Part shown: piece by piece, positions 16,829 through 20,000 of the stretch | Numbering within the stretch: the first letter of the stretch is position 1 | Layout of the letters: the number at the start of each line of letters is the position of its first letter | IMG/VR virus record: IMGVR_UViG_3300044723_011150 | From: an uncultured virus (IMG/VR IMGVR_UViG_3300044723_011150) | Lineage: Duplodnaviria; Heunggongvirae; Uroviricota; Caudoviricetes | Length of the DNA stretch: 20,000 bases | Reading direction: 5' to 3' (one strand) | Program-made: the position numbers and the translations under genes | The notes under the pieces: generated by a model | The model's input: the letters and a program-made list of their open reading frames with translations, nothing else | What the model was told of the DNA's origin: nothing | Databases searched by the model: none

Positions 16829-17761
16829 CTTCTGGTCTACTCGACGAACAATTCGAGGGATAATTTCCCCACTACGAATAACCTCCACAGTACAGCCTAT
16901 CTCTAGCTCCAGGCTGCGAATGTACTCGATATTGTGTAGAGTTGCCCTACTCACAATGGCTCCTTCCACTTCGACTGGACTAAGAATGGCGACCGGGCTG
17001 ACTACACCCGATTTACCAACTTGCCACACAACATCGAGCAATTCTGTATGTACACCCTCTTTCTGCTCTTTGAGAGCGAAAGCACCGCGAGGATGGTGAG
17101 CTGTATATCCCATCTTATTAAAGGCTCTTACATCATTAATACGATATACCCAACCATCCGTAGGATAGTTACTAGCATCGAAGGTATTAACAGTATTAAA
17201 CCCTTGATCGGCTAATGCTTTTAATATAGTAGAGTACTGATCGTAGCCAAGACCAGACTTATGGATGTCATATGCAACAAAAACAAGATTCTCAGCGCGA
17301 GCCTCGAACTCTTTGATGTCTTTGAGGTTTAATGACCCCGAAGCTACATTTCTAGCATTAGTAACATTCGAAGGGCAAACTATCTCACCTGTAATCTGAA
17401 CCTCCCCCCGTAGAGAGATAGTTGGAGGTACAAGTAAAGCAAGTTTGTCGGTAATATCTCGGCCAAGATTACCGTCCCCTCTAGTTAATCCAAGAGCAAA
17501 CTGTTTATTTACATAAAGTAAAGATACAGCGGCTCCGTCTAACTTGGGAGTTTTAATATAGCCAGATATATTTCCAGCTTCAGTTATGTCGAAATATTTT
17601 TGAAGTGAGTACATACGATACAAGTGAGGCACCCCGTCTGTAACAACGTGCCCAACCTGATCGTAAGAATACTTTGCAGCAAGACTATCAAACTCAGCGT
17701 CCGAAATAATAGGAGCGCCAGAGTAGTAAGCTAGACTCGCCTTTTCAAGAAAATCACGCAT
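16814..17761 (-). CDS. ligA: NAD-dependent DNA ligase subunit A (adenylation and OB domains)
   Basis: YY.G.PIISDAEFD domain Ia, MYSL, KLDG adenylation motif, TRGDG..G.DIT, TDG and RATLHN...RSGEIIP. The likely start is ATG 17761 after GGGAG. Confidence 0.95.
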   Translation of the reverse strand: MRDFLEKASLAYYSGAPIISDAEFDSLAAKYSYDQVGHVVTDGVPHLYRMYSLQKYFDITEAGNISGYIKTPKLDGAAVSLLYVNKQFALGLTRGDGNLGRDITDKLALLVPPTISLRGEVQITGEIVCPSNVTNARNVASGSLNLKDIKEFEARAENLVFVAYDIHKSGLGYDQYSTILKALADQGFNTVNTFDASNYPTDGWVYRINDVRAFNKMGYTAHHPRGAFALKEQKEGVHTELLDVVWQVGKSGVVSPVAILSPVEVEGAIVSRATLHNIEYIRSLELEIGCTVEVIRSGEIIPRIVRRVDQKKNSS

Positions 17762-17785
17762 AGTATCTCCCAAATTTGAAAAGAT

Positions 17786-17824
17786 ATTATACTAAAAGTT
17801 TAGGAAAAAGTCAAGAACTATTTT
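17786..17824 (-). promoter_or_regulatory. Sigma70-type T5-like promoter, copy 4 (upstream of ligA)
   Basis: AAAATAGTTC-TTGACT (17814-17809), 17-nt spacer, TATAAT (17791-17786). Confidence 0.88.
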
Positions 17825-18120
17825 AAGTAAAGGTTATTTATTAAGTCCTGGAACTGCTCCTCAATAATTTCCTTACTTTCAGCCAGAGAAAGTATCTCTG
17901 TGAGCCCTACGAATAGCTCTCTTGAATTGTGAAAATCTAGAGGCATTGCTACTCCTTCAGGGGTAGGTTTCCATTCTTCGTTAAAGTCCAGATAGTACTT
18001 ACGAAGATGCAAATATTCTATACCTCTAAAACTACTTACTATTAGCCTGACTTGAACTTCTTTTTCTTCATCGTAATGTATGACTTTTTCATACATTTCT
18101 GGAGCTTCATGTAGTTCCAT
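17818..18120 (-). CDS. PC4/p15-like ssDNA-binding protein (T5 PC4 homolog)
   Basis: QVRLIVSSFRGIEYLHLRKYY...EWKPTPEG fits the PC4 family pattern; located upstream of ligA as in T5. Confidence 0.82.
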   Translation of the reverse strand: MELHEAPEMYEKVIHYDEEKEVQVRLIVSSFRGIEYLHLRKYYLDFNEEWKPTPEGVAMPLDFHNSRELFVGLTEILSLAESKEIIEEQFQDLINNLYLK

Positions 18121-18122
18121 CG

Positions 18123-18389
18123 TTAGTCCTCATTCTGTAAAACTGAAGACAACGGTACTACACTAGTTACATTCGCAGGTTTTAATAAGCGATAGGAATC
18201 TGTGTCCCAACAAAATAACAATAATGTTTCGTTAGACTCTTTTGCTCTATTTTTCTTCTCTCGTATATATGGTGTGGAAAAATCCAGGGTACATACATTA
18301 TACTTTAGTTTGTTTGAGTTTTCACTCCTATAAGTAATAATTGCATCACCATACTCATTTACAATGTCTGCTAGTTCTTCTTTTTTCAC
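18123..18389 (-). CDS. Conserved T5-like small protein, possible SH3/WYL-like beta-barrel
   Basis: GTG start with TAAGGAG RBS. ITY...CTLDF...WDTDSYRL pattern is reminiscent of WYL-like domains; the fold call is tentative. Confidence 0.72.
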   Translation of the reverse strand: MKKEELADIVNEYGDAIITYRSENSNKLKYNVCTLDFSTPYIREKKNRAKESNETLLLFCWDTDSYRLLKPANVTSVVPLSSVLQNED

Positions 18390-18463
18390 AAATACTCCTT
18401 AGGTAGCAGGTCAGTAAAATTTTTTACTTTGCCGAACTCTAAGGTTCTTTCTTTAGATAGCAG

Positions 18464-18491
18464 AAAACCACTCCCCCGAAAGGAAGTGGTT
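18464..18491 (-). terminator. Probable intrinsic terminator after D3
   Basis: Minus strand AACCACTTCCT-TTCG-GGGGAGTGGTT then TTCTG: UUCG tetraloop and a short U tract, 15 nt after the D3 stop. Confidence 0.75.
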
Positions 18492-18506
18492 ATAGTAAAA
18501 ACTTTT

Positions 18507-18869
18507 TTAGTTAGCGGTTACGTTACCGATAACACCAGCAAAGTATTGAGCTGCTTTGCCTGTCAGCTTTGAAATAACATCTTCGTCAACTTCTTGACCA
18601 GCATCAGTCAAGGCGGCAACCAGAGCGTCTTGAGCAGCTTGCTTGGATACACGCCCGCCTCCAGTGCTACCGGAGGGCTTAGTCCCACCAGTAGCGGGGC
18701 TCTTTTTTACATATACACCTGCTTTGGTAAGAATCATGCGAACACCGTTAGGTGACTCTTCTAGTTCTTCTGCGATTGACTTAACAATCTCCATGCTCGT
18801 TTCGGGGGTAGGATCTTGCTCTTCATACATTGCTACTGCTTGAGCTTTCTTATCGTCGTCCCATGCCAT
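18507..18869 (-). CDS. D3: T5 D3-like DNA-binding protein
   Basis: SMEIVKSIAEE..ESPNGVRMILTKAGVYVKK and KLTGKAA match recalled T5 D3. Start ATG 18869 with GAGG RBS; an alternative in-frame ATG lies at 18950. Confidence 0.85.
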   Translation of the reverse strand: MAWDDDKKAQAVAMYEEQDPTPETSMEIVKSIAEELEESPNGVRMILTKAGVYVKKSPATGGTKPSGSTGGGRVSKQAAQDALVAALTDAGQEVDEDVISKLTGKAAQYFAGVIGNVTAN

Positions 18870-18974
18870 TCTACGTTTCCTCTTTTTGTTAGTTGAACCT
18901 GGACAAACGCCCAGACGGTTAAGTTGTTGCATATAAAATCGGTCAGACATAGCTTTCCTCAATTTTGAAAATAT

Positions 18975-19015
18975 ATTATACTTCAAAACAAAGCAAAATG
19001 TCAAGAACTATTTTT
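18975..19015 (-). promoter_or_regulatory. Sigma70-type T5-like promoter, copy 5 (upstream of D3)
   Basis: AAAAATAGTTC-TTGACA (19004-18999), 18-nt spacer, TATAAT (18980-18975). Confidence 0.87.
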
Positions 19016-19724
19016 ATAAACGTGAGAAGTCAACTCCATATTTTTCTAAATGTCGTAAACTTCCCAGATCGTATGCAAGAGCAATTGCTTTGAAACCGCC
19101 TGTTTCGATACCTGATACCCAGAATTCTTTATCTTGGTCTATATCTTCTCGAATCCAAATGGAATAGCACTTAGCTCCATACTTTTTTTCATAATTTGTA
19201 TCTTTAAATCCTGGACGCTCTGCTTGATAGTCTACGGATATTTCGTACTCAATTTCTGCAGGGGCATGATGACGCGCCGACCAAACAATTTCACCTGGAG
19301 CAAACTCTTCGGCTACGCACTCTTCTGGCAAGTACCCTACAGTAGACCGTTCTTCTTTAGATACGCCTCGACTAGGGATACCGACTCTTTCCACAATGGA
19401 TTTGACGAATCCGGAAGATCGATATAAAGATTTTGCGATTGTTGCAATTGAATCCCCTGATAAGTAATCTCGAATGACTTCTGCGATTTCTTGTGGAGTT
19501 GCTCCTTTACCTCGATTTTGAGATTTTCGTAGTTGTACATAAGCGGCTCTCTCGTCAAAATCCTCTATTATTTTAGATAGTCTCGCCGTATTGTACGAAA
19601 TGTTCAATATCGAACAAGCGTCTTTTTTTGTTATTGGCTTCGATCCGTCGGTAGGGTTCAACAGACTTTTTACTTTCTGAATATTCTCTGGCGACAGATT
19701 CTCGTATTCCCTCTTCTTTACCAT
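19014..19724 (-). CDS. D2: T5 D2-like protein
   Basis: TKKDACSIL, YLSGDSIATIA..YRS..VKSIVER.G, EEF..GE.VW and L.SLRHLEKYGVD match recalled T5 D2. Confidence 0.85.
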   Translation of the reverse strand: MVKKREYENLSPENIQKVKSLLNPTDGSKPITKKDACSILNISYNTARLSKIIEDFDERAAYVQLRKSQNRGKGATPQEIAEVIRDYLSGDSIATIAKSLYRSSGFVKSIVERVGIPSRGVSKEERSTVGYLPEECVAEEFAPGEIVWSARHHAPAEIEYEISVDYQAERPGFKDTNYEKKYGAKCYSIWIREDIDQDKEFWVSGIETGGFKAIALAYDLGSLRHLEKYGVDFSRL

Positions 19725-19923
19725 TCTCTAGTCTCTCGATTTCTCTGTTTAGATACCATACTGCCTTTCGTAAATCTTCTACTTCATTCTGTTTAAGTCC
19801 TGCTCTCCAGATATACTTTAGAGCATTACCCAGGCAGAAGTTCATGTGCTCTGTAATTTGTATACACTCTACACCGCTTGGATGCGCGGTATAGTGGGGA
19901 GGTTTGTTTACATTATCTGTCAT
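19573..19923 (-). CDS. DUF3310 (SaV-like) domain protein
   Basis: DNVNKPPHY..GVECI...FCLGNALKYIWRAG.K..VEDLRKAVWYLNREI is the characteristic DUF3310 pattern. Confidence 0.88.
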   Translation of the reverse strand: MTDNVNKPPHYTAHPSGVECIQITEHMNFCLGNALKYIWRAGLKQNEVEDLRKAVWYLNREIERLENGKEEGIRESVAREYSESKKSVEPYRRIEANNKKRRLFDIEHFVQYGETI

Positions 19924-19925
19924 AA

Positions 19926-20000
19926 CTACTCATCAGGGTCGTAGTGACAATACCACGGCCCGCTATCTGGTTCGCTGTACCACCAGTCCTCTTCTAAAGC
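19926..20000 (-). CDS. C-terminal end of a hypothetical protein entering from the right edge
   Basis: Open frame ...ALEEDWWYSEPDSGPWYCHYDPDE*, with TAG 2 nt before the DUF3310 ATG. Confidence 0.55.
   Translation of the reverse strand, partial: ALEEDWWYSEPDSGPWYCHYDPDE

Noticed and set aside
18870..18887. KKRKRR as a nuclear localisation signal
   Set aside because: It is simply the translation of the purine-rich RBS region before ATG 18869.
18951..19004. TTG start of D3 at 19004
   Set aside because: This TTG is part of the -35 box (TTGACA), upstream of the predicted transcription start.
7395..19015. Recurrent GTCAAGAACTATTTTT sequence as a CRISPR repeat, att site or IS end
   Set aside because: The copies are dispersed kilobases apart and each is followed by a -10 box at 17-18 nt; no cas gene, integrase or transposase is present.
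19926..19945. Similar C-termini YDPDE (edge ORF) and YDPDC (92-aa ORF)
   Set aside because: A four-residue match is too short to support a relationship.
1..20000. T5-type programmed nick sites (GCGC-containing) or alternative genetic code
   Set aside because: GCGC occurrences show no evident extended consensus by eye. TAA, TAG and TGA all end full-length conserved genes, so the standard code fits.

Overview
The window is part of a T5-like (Demerecviridae-type) lytic phage genome. All credible genes are on the minus strand. Read right to left, the order matches the T5 replication/recombination block: DUF3310 protein, D2, D3, SH3/WYL-like protein, PC4-like protein, split NAD-dependent ligase (ligA, ligB), D5, DnaB-like helicase D6, primase, family A polymerase, a conserved hypothetical, D10 helicase, a conserved hypothetical, D11 SSB, D12/D13 (SbcD/SbcC-like), D14 and D15 flap endonuclease. 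It departs from T5, as I recall T5, in four ways. (1) A three-gene cassette with its own promoter lies between helicase and primase. (2) phoH sits inside the block. (3) Three small ORFs (26, 42 and 50 aa) are missed by the ORF track. (4) A short, ATP-cone-less nrdA-glutaredoxin-nrdB operon follows D15. The clearest non-coding structure is five copies of a near-consensus sigma70-type promoter, AAAA(T/A)AGTTCTTGAC(A/T)-N17/18-TATAATAT, each on or next to the upstream gene's stop codon. In three copies the -35/-10 spacer is complementary to the downstream leader, so read-through RNA would fold over or next to the RBS while locally initiated RNA could not. Family assignments come from motifs and recalled T5 proteins; no database search was run. 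I found no tRNA, rRNA, CRISPR array, intron, intein or mobile element.
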